Part shown: piece after piece, positions 44,414 to 52,778 of the stretch
Layout of the letters: each line of letters starts with the position of its first letter
Numbering within the stretch: the stretch's first letter is position 1
Assembly (NCBI GenBank): GCA_016779945.1
Contig: JADHMR010000002.1
Span: forward strand, 2,083-66,082
Direction: 5' to 3'
DNA: 64,000 bases
Source: Bacteroidia bacterium
Lineage (GTDB): Bacteria; Bacteroidota; Bacteroidia; NS11-12g; UBA9320
Translations under genes and position numbers: made by a program
Notes under the pieces: generated by a model
Database searches by the model: none
Seen by the model: only the letters and a program-made list of their open reading frames with translations
Told to the model about the DNA's origin: nothing

Positions 44414-46081
44414 CTATTTAATGTATGCACTTTTTAAATCAAGGTGATTGAGCGGGTTTATCTTAACCTGTTTTACCTTTTTATTTTTTAACCAAACACT
44501 CTCATCATAATATAGCAATATGAATGGCTGATCGTTGCGAAGTTTATTTTCCATTTTTGATATTAGTTTTTCTTTTTCAAAAATATCTGAAGTATTAATT
44601 AAGCTATCGTAAGCGAAATCAAAATCATGGTTTGAATACCGCGTATAGTTTGGGCCATTTGGAGCTTTATTGGGTCCAAAAAAACATGCCATGTAATTTT
44701 CTCCGTCAGGATAATCTGCAATCCAGCTACTTCTAAAAAAAGTAAGTTCACCTGCAGATTTTTGTTGTTTAAGAAGACTTGATGGAATGACATCAATTTT
44801 GATATCTATACCTATTTCTGCACAATTATTCTGAACTAAAATACATAAATCTAAGTAATTTGATGTAGTAGTAAGTGTTATGGATTCCCCATTTTTGAAG
44901 CCTGACGCCTTTAAGTACTTTCTTGCTAAATCAAGATTATATGCAGGGTTATCATAATTTACATGATTCGGTAAACCAAGAGGTATAAAACCTCCATTTG
45001 CTGGTGTTCCTATTCCATTTCGTAGATAGTTTACCATAGCATTTCGGTCAATACAATGATGTATTGCTTTACGAAAGTTTACATCATAAATAGGAGAGGA
45101 CTTATCATCCATGTTAAATGCTAGATACTCCGTATTTAAGAAAGGACTTATTTTTAAATCAAACGTATTTGAGTACTTTTTATTTAGTTTTCCGTCAGCG
45201 GATATAATTTCATCTTTGAATGAACTTTCTAAGCCCGTAAATAGGTCTAAATTTCCCTGAATGAATTCTAATAGTTCAGTTTGTTTACTCTGAATAAACT
45301 TAATAGATATTCCATCTAATTTTGGTATTTTATTAGTTTCTGTTGATTCAAAGTAAGTGGGGTTTCGAATCAGGTTTAGTTTGATACCGTCAGCCCAATT
45401 GGAAAACATAAATGGACCAGTTCCTATGGGCTTTTTCCCAAATTCATCACCATACAATTCAACGACTTCTCTTGGTATAACATAGCAGTATGCCATGGTC
45501 AGCATATTCAAAAAAGGAGTGAACGGCTTTTTTAATCTAATCTGGAAAAGGGTGTCATTTACTGCTTTAAATGGTTGGCTTTTGTCTATAATATCATTAA
45601 AAATCCAAGCTCCATCTGAAGCAGTTGTTGGATTGATGATCCGACTGAAGGAATACTCAAAATCAGACGCAGTAACCTCTCTTTTTGAGGTTTTAAAAAC
45701 AGGGTGATTGTGGAAAAACACACCAGTATTGATTACAAAATTATACGTTTTTCCATCATCAGAAATGGACCATTTTTTTGCAATAGACGGAACTACATTT
45801 AACTGACTATCTAATTGAACAAGACCGTTAAATAGCTGATTTACAGCACGTATATTTTCTTGGGTGCGGGCAAATGCGGGATCTAACGAAGTAATTCCAG
45901 TAGAACTATTAAACTTAATAATCTTCTTATTGGCATTTTTGTCAGTCAAATTACAAGAAATCAACATTATACTTATGTGTATAACTATGAAAAACCTGTT
46001 AATTATCGACCTAGTATTGTGATTAGATTTGAATTTTAATCTTAGATAACGTTGAGACCTAAAATTACATATTACGGACAT
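44414..46081 (-). CDS. family 5 (peptide/nickel-type) ABC substrate-binding lipoprotein, no transporter partners adjacent
   Basis: SLDPAFARTQENIRAVNQLFNGLVQLD...IAKKWSISDDGKTYNF...WIADYPDGENY. Lipobox MLISC. Start ambiguous: ATG 46081, ATG 45967, or a non-canonical ATA/ATT at 46006/46003. The 46180 start of the track is unlikely. Confidence 0.75.
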   Translation of the reverse strand: MSVICNFRSQRYLRLKFKSNHNTRSIINRFFIVIHISIMLISCNLTDKNANKKIIKFNSSTGITSLDPAFARTQENIRAVNQLFNGLVQLDSQLNVVPSIAKKWSISDDGKTYNFVINTGVFFHNHPVFKTSKREVTASDFEYSFSRIINPTTASDGAWIFNDIIDKSQPFKAVNDTLFQIRLKKPFTPFLNMLTMAYCYVIPREVVELYGDEFGKKPIGTGPFMFSNWADGIKLNLIRNPTYFESTETNKIPKLDGISIKFIQSKQTELLEFIQGNLDLFTGLESSFKDEIISADGKLNKKYSNTFDLKISPFLNTEYLAFNMDDKSSPIYDVNFRKAIHHCIDRNAMVNYLRNGIGTPANGGFIPLGLPNHVNYDNPAYNLDLARKYLKASGFKNGESITLTTTSNYLDLCILVQNNCAEIGIDIKIDVIPSSLLKQQKSAGELTFFRSSWIADYPDGENYMACFFGPNKAPNGPNYTRYSNHDFDFAYDSLINTSDIFEKEKLISKMENKLRNDQPFILLYYDESVWLKNKKVKQVKINPLNHLDLKSAYIK

Positions 46082-46738
46082 TCTTGTTTTACAGTTGAAA
46101 TAAGTGGTAAAAGTATACTCTTTGATCCTTTTATCACACCCAATCCTAAAGCAAGTATGATCGATATTTCCACAATTCAACCTGATTTGATATTAGTAAC
46201 GCATGGTCATGGAGATCACACAGCGGATTTAGTAACTATTGCAAAACAAAGTAAAGCCCAAGTTATTTCTGCATATGAAATAACGGAGTGGTTATCTGAT
46301 CAGGGAGTTAAAAATGGACTCCCAATGAATATTGGAGGATCAATCAATCTTGGTTTTTGCACTGTAAAAATGGTCAAAGCTGAACATAGTAGCTCTTTTT
46401 CAGATGGTTCGTATGCGGGTAACGCTGCTGGCTTTATTATCCAATCACCTGATTGTTGTTTTTATTATGCTGGAGATACAGCTCTAACATTGGATATGCA
46501 ACTTATTCCATTAAGTTATAATCTTGATTTTTCGTTTTTACCTATTGGTGATAACTTCACAATGGGTGTTGAAGACGCGGTCAGAGCTTCTAAGTTAACA
46601 GAATGTAAAAAAGTTATAGGTATGCATTTTGATACCTTTCCACCCATAGAAATTGACCATAAAGATGCTTATGATTCATTTTCTAATGCTGGAATTAACC
46701 TAATTTTACCCTTAATCAATCAAACTTTCGAACTTTAA
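46052..46738 (+). CDS. metallo-beta-lactamase-fold metal-dependent hydrolase (UPF0173-like)
   Basis: KITYYGHSCF, LILVTHGHGDH, MVKAEHSS. TTG start. Confidence 0.8.
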   Translation: MRPKITYYGHSCFTVEISGKSILFDPFITPNPKASMIDISTIQPDLILVTHGHGDHTADLVTIAKQSKAQVISAYEITEWLSDQGVKNGLPMNIGGSINLGFCTVKMVKAEHSSSFSDGSYAGNAAGFIIQSPDCCFYYAGDTALTLDMQLIPLSYNLDFSFLPIGDNFTMGVEDAVRASKLTECKKVIGMHFDTFPPIEIDHKDAYDSFSNAGINLILPLINQTFEL

Positions 46739-46741
46739 AAT

Positions 46742-47542
46742 ATGTCAAAAATTATTTGTGTAGCTAATCAAAAAGGTGGAGTAGGAAAGACAACTACTGC
46801 AATTAACCTAGCATACAGTCTCTCAGTACTTGAAAATAGAGTACTATTAATTGATGCTGATCCTCAAGCAAATTCAACATCTCATTTAGGTTTTGATCCT
46901 AAAAATATTCGTCTTGGATTGTATGAGTTGCTAGTACAAGATTTAAATCCTTCTGATGCGATTCTCGACACAAAGTATGATTATTTAAAAATATTACCGG
47001 CTAATATTGATTTAGTTGGTGCCGAAATTGAGATGATTGATTTACCAAATCGGGAGCGTATTTTAAGTAGACTACTCGAAAAAGTTAGAGGTAGTTACGA
47101 TTTTATCATCATTGATTGCTCGCCATCACTTGGATTAATAACTACCAATGCGTTGGGTGCATCAGATTCTGTATTAATTCCTGTTCAGTGTGAGTATTTT
47201 GCACTCGAGGGACTCGGAAAACTCTTGAATACCATAAAAATTGTTCAGCGAAGTATTAATACGAAGTTAGAAATTGAAGGTTTGGTTTTGACGATGTATG
47301 ATTCCAGGTTGAGATTAAGCAATCAAGTGGTTGAGGAAGTTAAGTTGCATTTTCAGCAATTAGTTTTTGATACCATAATAAAAAGAAATACCACACTTAG
47401 TGAAGCACCCAGTTTTGGTTTACCAGTGCTTGAGCATGATGCAACAGCAGCGGGAAGTGTTGGCTATTTAAACTTAGCTCGGGAGTTACTCCAAAAAAAT
47501 GGACTTACTAAAATCAGTGAAGAAGAAAGGATTATTCAATAA
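46742..47542 (+). CDS. parA: chromosome partitioning ATPase ParA (Soj)
   Basis: KIICVANQKGGVGKTTTAINLA deviant Walker A; LIDADPQANST; IIIDCSPSLG. Confidence 0.9.
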   Translation: MSKIICVANQKGGVGKTTTAINLAYSLSVLENRVLLIDADPQANSTSHLGFDPKNIRLGLYELLVQDLNPSDAILDTKYDYLKILPANIDLVGAEIEMIDLPNRERILSRLLEKVRGSYDFIIIDCSPSLGLITTNALGASDSVLIPVQCEYFALEGLGKLLNTIKIVQRSINTKLEIEGLVLTMYDSRLRLSNQVVEEVKLHFQQLVFDTIIKRNTTLSEAPSFGLPVLEHDATAAGSVGYLNLARELLQKNGLTKISEEERIIQ

Positions 47543-48418
47543 ATGAGCAAAAAAGTATTAGGGAGAGGTTTAAGTGCATTATTAGAAAATGCAGATACTG
47601 ACATAACCAGTATTGAGCCAAAAGCATTGCATAGCATTGCTGAAATTCAGATAAATCAAATTATTGCTAATCCATTTCAACCCCGAATAGAGTTTGATGA
47701 AGATGCTCTAAACGAACTCGCAGAATCAATCAAAGTTCATGGAATTATTCAACCGATAACTGTTCGTAAGGTAGGATATGAAAAATACGAAATCATAAGC
47801 GGTGAAAGAAGAACTCGAGCTTCTATTCTTGCCCAACGTTCTCACATTCCAGCCTATATTCGATTAGCAGATGACCAACAAATGCTTGAAATGGCATTGA
47901 TTGAGAATATTCAACGTGAAAACTTAAATGCTATCGAAGTTGCCTTATCATATCAACGATTATTAGAAGAATGCGGTCTTAAACAAGAAGAATTAGGTGA
48001 ACGTGTCGGTAAAAAGAGGAGTACAGTTAATAATTATTTAAGATTATTAAAACTTCCAGATGAAATTCAATTAGCGATTAAAGAAGGTCTTATAATGATG
48101 GGTCATGCTCGTGCATTGGTGAATGTGAAAGACCCAAAACGACAACTTGATATATTTAAGTCTGTTATAAACAGTAGTCTTTCAGTTAGACAAGTTGAAG
48201 AAATGGTAAAAGACGAACGAGAAAATTTAGGAGGCACCTACACAAAATCTGCAGATCGTTTTTTTGATTTTACCGATTTTTTACCTCAACGTGAAAAAAT
48301 ATCAAAGCAGTTAAATACATCAATTAAGTTTAAGTCAAGATCAAATAATAACGGTTCGATTATTATCAACTTTTCGTCTAAAGAAGAGTTAGAGGCAATT
48401 CTCAATAAGATGGTTTAA
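47543..48418 (+). CDS. parB: chromosome partitioning protein ParB (Spo0J)
   Basis: LGRGLSALL, NPFQPR, GIIQPITVR, ISGERRTRA (arginine patch), HTH region TVNNYLRLLKLP. The start abuts the parA stop. Confidence 0.9.
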   Translation: MSKKVLGRGLSALLENADTDITSIEPKALHSIAEIQINQIIANPFQPRIEFDEDALNELAESIKVHGIIQPITVRKVGYEKYEIISGERRTRASILAQRSHIPAYIRLADDQQMLEMALIENIQRENLNAIEVALSYQRLLEECGLKQEELGERVGKKRSTVNNYLRLLKLPDEIQLAIKEGLIMMGHARALVNVKDPKRQLDIFKSVINSSLSVRQVEEMVKDERENLGGTYTKSADRFFDFTDFLPQREKISKQLNTSIKFKSRSNNNGSIIINFSSKEELEAILNKMV

Positions 48419-48433
48419 GTAAATTTGCAAAGC

Positions 48434-49018
48434 ATGAGATTAATCTTCTCTATCTTTTTAACATTGAGTTCTATCTGTTATATGTTGGCACAACAGCCTT
48501 ATTCAGATGATTACAAGTTATCGACTGATACTTCATTATCTGAACGTATTACAGATGAAAAAAAGTCTTGGAGTAATCCCAAAAAGGCAACAATATTTGC
48601 TTTAGCACTTCCTGGATCGGGTCAAATATTCAATAAAAGATACCTAAAAGCGGGAATAGTCTATGGTGGATTTGTTGGACTTGCATACATGTTCGACTAC
48701 AACAGAGATAGTTTATCTAAATACCAAGCTGTCTATGCAGCAAAAATTGATGGAGACTCAAATACTGTTGATTTATTTCCAAATAGGTCTGAAGCATCTG
48801 TAAGAAGTGATCGCGATTTTCATAGAAAGTATCGTGATTTATCATTGATAGGTTTTGTGGTTTTGTATGCTTTACAAGCAATTGATGCCAATGTTGATGC
48901 ACATCTTAAAGAGTTTAATTTAAATGAGGATTTAAGTCTGAAATTAATTCCACAAATTTATGCTAATAGACCTGGATTAGGAATGTACAATGGTTTTTCA
49001 CTCCAATACAACTTCTAG
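48434..49018 (+). CDS. DUF5683-like membrane-associated protein that typically follows parB in Bacteroidota
   Basis: Signal-like MRLIFSIFLTLSSICYMLAQ; ALPGSGQIFNKRYLKAGIVYGG motif. The synteny is from memory. Confidence 0.6.
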   Translation: MRLIFSIFLTLSSICYMLAQQPYSDDYKLSTDTSLSERITDEKKSWSNPKKATIFALALPGSGQIFNKRYLKAGIVYGGFVGLAYMFDYNRDSLSKYQAVYAAKIDGDSNTVDLFPNRSEASVRSDRDFHRKYRDLSLIGFVVLYALQAIDANVDAHLKEFNLNEDLSLKLIPQIYANRPGLGMYNGFSLQYNF

Positions 49019-49058
49019 AAATTCTATTAAATTCGTGGTCAAATAGACAAAAGAAATT

Positions 49059-49946
49059 ATGAAAAACATTTCAGTTATTGGTTCTGGTACTATGGGCAAT
49101 GGAATAGCTCACGTATTTGCTCAAAATGGTCATTCTGTTTCGTTAATAGATATCAATCAGGATGCTTTAGATAGAGCTTTAGGCACTATTACAAAAAACT
49201 TGGATCGTATGATAGCCAAGGAAAAAATTACGAATTTAGAAAAAGAAAACACCCTTAAAAATATCGTTACACATACTTCTATCGAATCTGGTGTTAAACA
49301 TGCTAATCTCATAATTGAGGCTGCAACTGAAAATAAAGATTTAAAGTTTCAAATATTCAGAGACATGGATTTATATGCACCTAGTGATTGTATATTAGCT
49401 TCAAATACTTCTTCAATCAGTATTACTGAGCTAGCTGCACAAACTCAACGTCCCGAAAAGGTTATTGGTATGCATTTCATGAATCCAGTTCCAATTATGA
49501 AGTTGGTTGAAATTATCAATGGGTATAATACATCAGAATCTGTAACCAATTCGATTGAAAATTTAGCTAAATCAATCGGTAAAGTTCCAGCAATGGCTAA
49601 TGATTATCCTGGGTTTATTGCAAATCGCATTCTAATGCCAATGATCAATGAGGCCATTTGGACACTTCATGAAGGAGTAGGTAATGTAATTAATATAGAT
49701 ACTGTTATGAAATTAGGGATGGCTCATCCTATGGGACCACTTCAGTTAGCCGATTTTATAGGTCTTGACGTATGTCTTGCTATTTTGGAGGTATTGAATG
49801 ATGGCTTCGGAAATCCTAAGTACGCCCCATGTCCATTATTAGTTAATATGGTAAATGCTGGTAAATTAGGCGTTAAATCGGGCGAGGGATTTTATACTTG
49901 GACTCATGGAACCAAAGAATTAGTAGTGAGTAAGAGTTTTCAATAA
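49059..49946 (+). CDS. hbd: 3-hydroxybutyryl-CoA / 3-hydroxyacyl-CoA dehydrogenase
   Basis: ISVIGSGTMGNGIAHVFA NAD-binding loop; SNTSSISIT; HFMNPVPIMKLVEII; PGFIANRILMP. Confidence 0.88.
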   Translation: MKNISVIGSGTMGNGIAHVFAQNGHSVSLIDINQDALDRALGTITKNLDRMIAKEKITNLEKENTLKNIVTHTSIESGVKHANLIIEAATENKDLKFQIFRDMDLYAPSDCILASNTSSISITELAAQTQRPEKVIGMHFMNPVPIMKLVEIINGYNTSESVTNSIENLAKSIGKVPAMANDYPGFIANRILMPMINEAIWTLHEGVGNVINIDTVMKLGMAHPMGPLQLADFIGLDVCLAILEVLNDGFGNPKYAPCPLLVNMVNAGKLGVKSGEGFYTWTHGTKELVVSKSFQ

Positions 49947-49985
49947 ATTTGTTAGAATACTTGCTTGTTGTTAAAAGAAGTCTGC

Positions 49986-50432
49986 TTAGATCTTTTTAAC
50001 ATTTATTGCATTGAGGCCTTTCATACCTTTTTCAAGTTGAAAAGAAACCTTGTTACCCTCATCAACATCCTCAGTTAGTCCTTTGTAGTGAACAAAGTAA
50101 CTGTCACCTGTCCCAATTTCTTTTATAAATCCAAACCCTTTTTCTGTATTGAAAAAATCTATTTTTCCTTCACGAACAGCATCAATATCAAACGCTTCTT
50201 GTTTTGGAACACTTGTAACAATGTCTTCCAACTCATATTCTACCTTTTTTTCTGGATCTGGTGGGGTATCAGAGATATTACCATTTTCGTCAATGTAAGC
50301 CAACATATTATCAAGTCCGCCTCCTTTAGAGGCAGCTTTTCGTTCAGCTCTCTTTTCTTGTTTTTCTTTACGTTTTTTAAGACGCTTTTTTTCTTTTTCT
50401 TTTTTACTGTAGGTTTCTTGTGACTTTGACAT
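49986..50432 (-). CDS. cold-shock domain protein with long Lys/Glu-rich N-terminal extension
   Basis: The CSD lies at the C-terminus (GKIDFFNTEKGFGFIKE...SYFVHYKGL), preceded by about 75 aa including SKKEKEKKRLKKRKEKQEKRAERKAASKGG. Confidence 0.8.
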   Translation of the reverse strand: MSKSQETYSKKEKEKKRLKKRKEKQEKRAERKAASKGGGLDNMLAYIDENGNISDTPPDPEKKVEYELEDIVTSVPKQEAFDIDAVREGKIDFFNTEKGFGFIKEIGTGDSYFVHYKGLTEDVDEGNKVSFQLEKGMKGLNAINVKKI

Positions 50433-50628
50433 TAATTATTTTAAAAGGTAATATATAAACAAAGATAATTCATCTCATTAATTTTTACAGATATTTCAAC
50501 GATAATCAATCAATATCGTCTTATTTTTTGGATTACTTAAAAGTCTTTTTTGATTTTTTTAGTGAATAATATGGATTTTAGATTTGCGTTTTAGATTCAA
50601 CTATTTAATTAATACGCATATTTGTTTT

Positions 50629-52767
50629 ATGAAAAATATTTTACCCTTGTTTTTAATTTTCACATCATTTTTTGCTTGGTCACAAGATAAATTACTCACT
50701 ATAGACGATGCTATAACCGGTTATCATCTTTATCCCAAAGGATTGATTGATCTTCAATGGTTGCCAGGAGGTAAATCATTCTCACAAATTATTTATGAAG
50801 ATGGTAAGTCATACATCGAAGTTCAGGAGATTCAAAAGCCCAAAGGACGGATCATTAGCATTTCACTTGAGGATATAAATAGTTCGCTTTCTGATACATT
50901 TAATCTGACCAGATTGCCTCGAGCTCGATGGGTAAATAATAAAGAATTTCAGTTTGTTAGTGGTAAACGTGCGTTTCAATACCATATTGAGCTTAAAACT
51001 TCTAAAATTTTACCTTATGTGATTTCAGATTTTGTAAAAAGTCCACTCTTGTTCTCAAATGGATCGGGTTATATGGCCCATATTGATAATGGCTTAAATT
51101 ACGGAGTTAAAGATAATAATCATTCAATCACCTCTGATATTGATGGAATTGTAATCGGAGAGAGTGTGCATAGAAGTGAGTTTGGGATAACTGATGGATT
51201 ATTTCCATCGCCCAACTATAATAAATTAGCTTATTACGAAATGGATGAAAGCATGGTAACCGAATATCCCTTATATCAATTATCGGATACTCCAGCCACA
51301 ACAAAGATGTTGAGATATCCAACAGCTGGTTCTAAAAGTCATCATGTGAGTGTGAAAGTAAAAAATATGTATGATGATTCAGATCCAGTCATTATTCAAA
51401 CTTCGGGAGATAAGGAGCAATATCTTACGAATGTATCCTGGACCCCAGATGAAAAATATTTGTTAATTGCTATCGTAAATAGAGCTCAAAATCATATGTG
51501 GTTAAATAAGTACGATGCCACAACTGGAGATTTTATTAGTACATTATTTGAAGAAAAAAATGATCGATATGTAGAACCTGAACATCCGGCTGTTTTTTTT
51601 AACGATGATCCTTCAAAATTTTTATGGTGGAGTGAGCGTGATGGATATAATCACTTGTATTTGTATTCTGACGAGGGTAGACTTATAAAACAGATAACAC
51701 AAGGTAATTGGATAGTTACCGATTTTCATGGTGTATCTGAGGATGGTAAAAATATTTTTATTACTTCAACTAAAGATAGTCCATTGGAAAGACACTTATA
51801 CAAAGTCAGTCTAAAAAGTGGTAAAATGTCAAAACTAACCAATGGAGCAGGTTATCATTCAATTACCGCTAATGAAAATAACACGCTGTTTATGGATAAT
51901 TTTTCGAGTACTAGCAATCCAAGAGAGATTCGCTTGATAGATGCTAATGGTTCGATTAAAGAGATTTTGCACAAGTCTAAAAATCCATTGGTAGATTATA
52001 AACTAGGAGAGATGGAAATAGGGAAACTGAAGGGAAAAAGTGGTGATGATTTATATTACAGAGTATTTAAACCTATTGATTTTAACCCCAACAAAAAATA
52101 TCCCGTTGTAGTTTATCTGTATAATGGACCGCACCTTCAACTGATTACAAATCGTTGGTTAGGAGGGGCAAATCTTTGGTATCAATATATGGCACAACAG
52201 GGCTATGTTGTATTTAGTATTGATGGAAGGGGAAGTGCTGATCGAGGATTTGAATTTGAAAGTAGTATTTTTAGAAATTGTGGTGAGCATGAAATGATCG
52301 ATCAATTAACCGGGGTGAATTGGTTGAAAGAACAAGCATGGGTAGATACCAATCGCATGGGAATTCATGGATGGAGTTATGGTGGTTTTATGACAACTAG
52401 TATGATGAGCCGTCATCCAGGCGTGTTTAAAGTTGGTGTAGCTGGTGGGCCAGTTATTGACTGGTCGCTTTATGAAGTGATGTACACAGAGCGATATATG
52501 GATACTCCCGAAGAAAATCCGTTAGGTTATGCAAAAACGAACCTGAAAAACCATTTAGATAGTTTACAAGGAAAATTGCTAATGATTCACGGGGGATTGG
52601 ATGATGTGGTTTTATGGCAGCATAGTCTTCAATATCTTGAATCTGCTGTAAAAAAAGGAGTCCAATTAGATTATTTTGTTTATCCTCACCACAAACACAA
52701 TGTTAGGGGTAGAGACCGTATTCATCTTTATGAGAAGGTAAGTAATTATTTCTTTGATCACTTGTAA
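50629..52767 (+). CDS. S9B prolyl dipeptidyl-peptidase IV
   Basis: ORF from 50584; likely start ATG 50629 (MKNILPLFLIFTSFFAWSQ). DPP-IV beta-propeller N-region, catalytic GIHGWSYGGFMT, then GGLDDVV and HNV. Confidence 0.88.
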   Translation: MKNILPLFLIFTSFFAWSQDKLLTIDDAITGYHLYPKGLIDLQWLPGGKSFSQIIYEDGKSYIEVQEIQKPKGRIISISLEDINSSLSDTFNLTRLPRARWVNNKEFQFVSGKRAFQYHIELKTSKILPYVISDFVKSPLLFSNGSGYMAHIDNGLNYGVKDNNHSITSDIDGIVIGESVHRSEFGITDGLFPSPNYNKLAYYEMDESMVTEYPLYQLSDTPATTKMLRYPTAGSKSHHVSVKVKNMYDDSDPVIIQTSGDKEQYLTNVSWTPDEKYLLIAIVNRAQNHMWLNKYDATTGDFISTLFEEKNDRYVEPEHPAVFFNDDPSKFLWWSERDGYNHLYLYSDEGRLIKQITQGNWIVTDFHGVSEDGKNIFITSTKDSPLERHLYKVSLKSGKMSKLTNGAGYHSITANENNTLFMDNFSSTSNPREIRLIDANGSIKEILHKSKNPLVDYKLGEMEIGKLKGKSGDDLYYRVFKPIDFNPNKKYPVVVYLYNGPHLQLITNRWLGGANLWYQYMAQQGYVVFSIDGRGSADRGFEFESSIFRNCGEHEMIDQLTGVNWLKEQAWVDTNRMGIHGWSYGGFMTTSMMSRHPGVFKVGVAGGPVIDWSLYEVMYTERYMDTPEENPLGYAKTNLKNHLDSLQGKLLMIHGGLDDVVLWQHSLQYLESAVKKGVQLDYFVYPHHKHNVRGRDRIHLYEKVSNYFFDHL

Positions 52768-52778
52768 TTCTAGCGATG

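Noticed and set aside
46082-46180. Longest-ORF start (46180) for the substrate-binding protein
   Set aside because: It would add about 70 non-hydrophobic residues before the lipobox and overlap the divergent hydrolase gene by 129 nt.
47900-47925. Possible parS inside parB (TATTCAACGTGAAAAC)
   Set aside because: It has about four mismatches to the TGTTTCACGTGAAACA consensus and is not palindromic. A second CACGTG-containing site near 30225 matches only one half-site.
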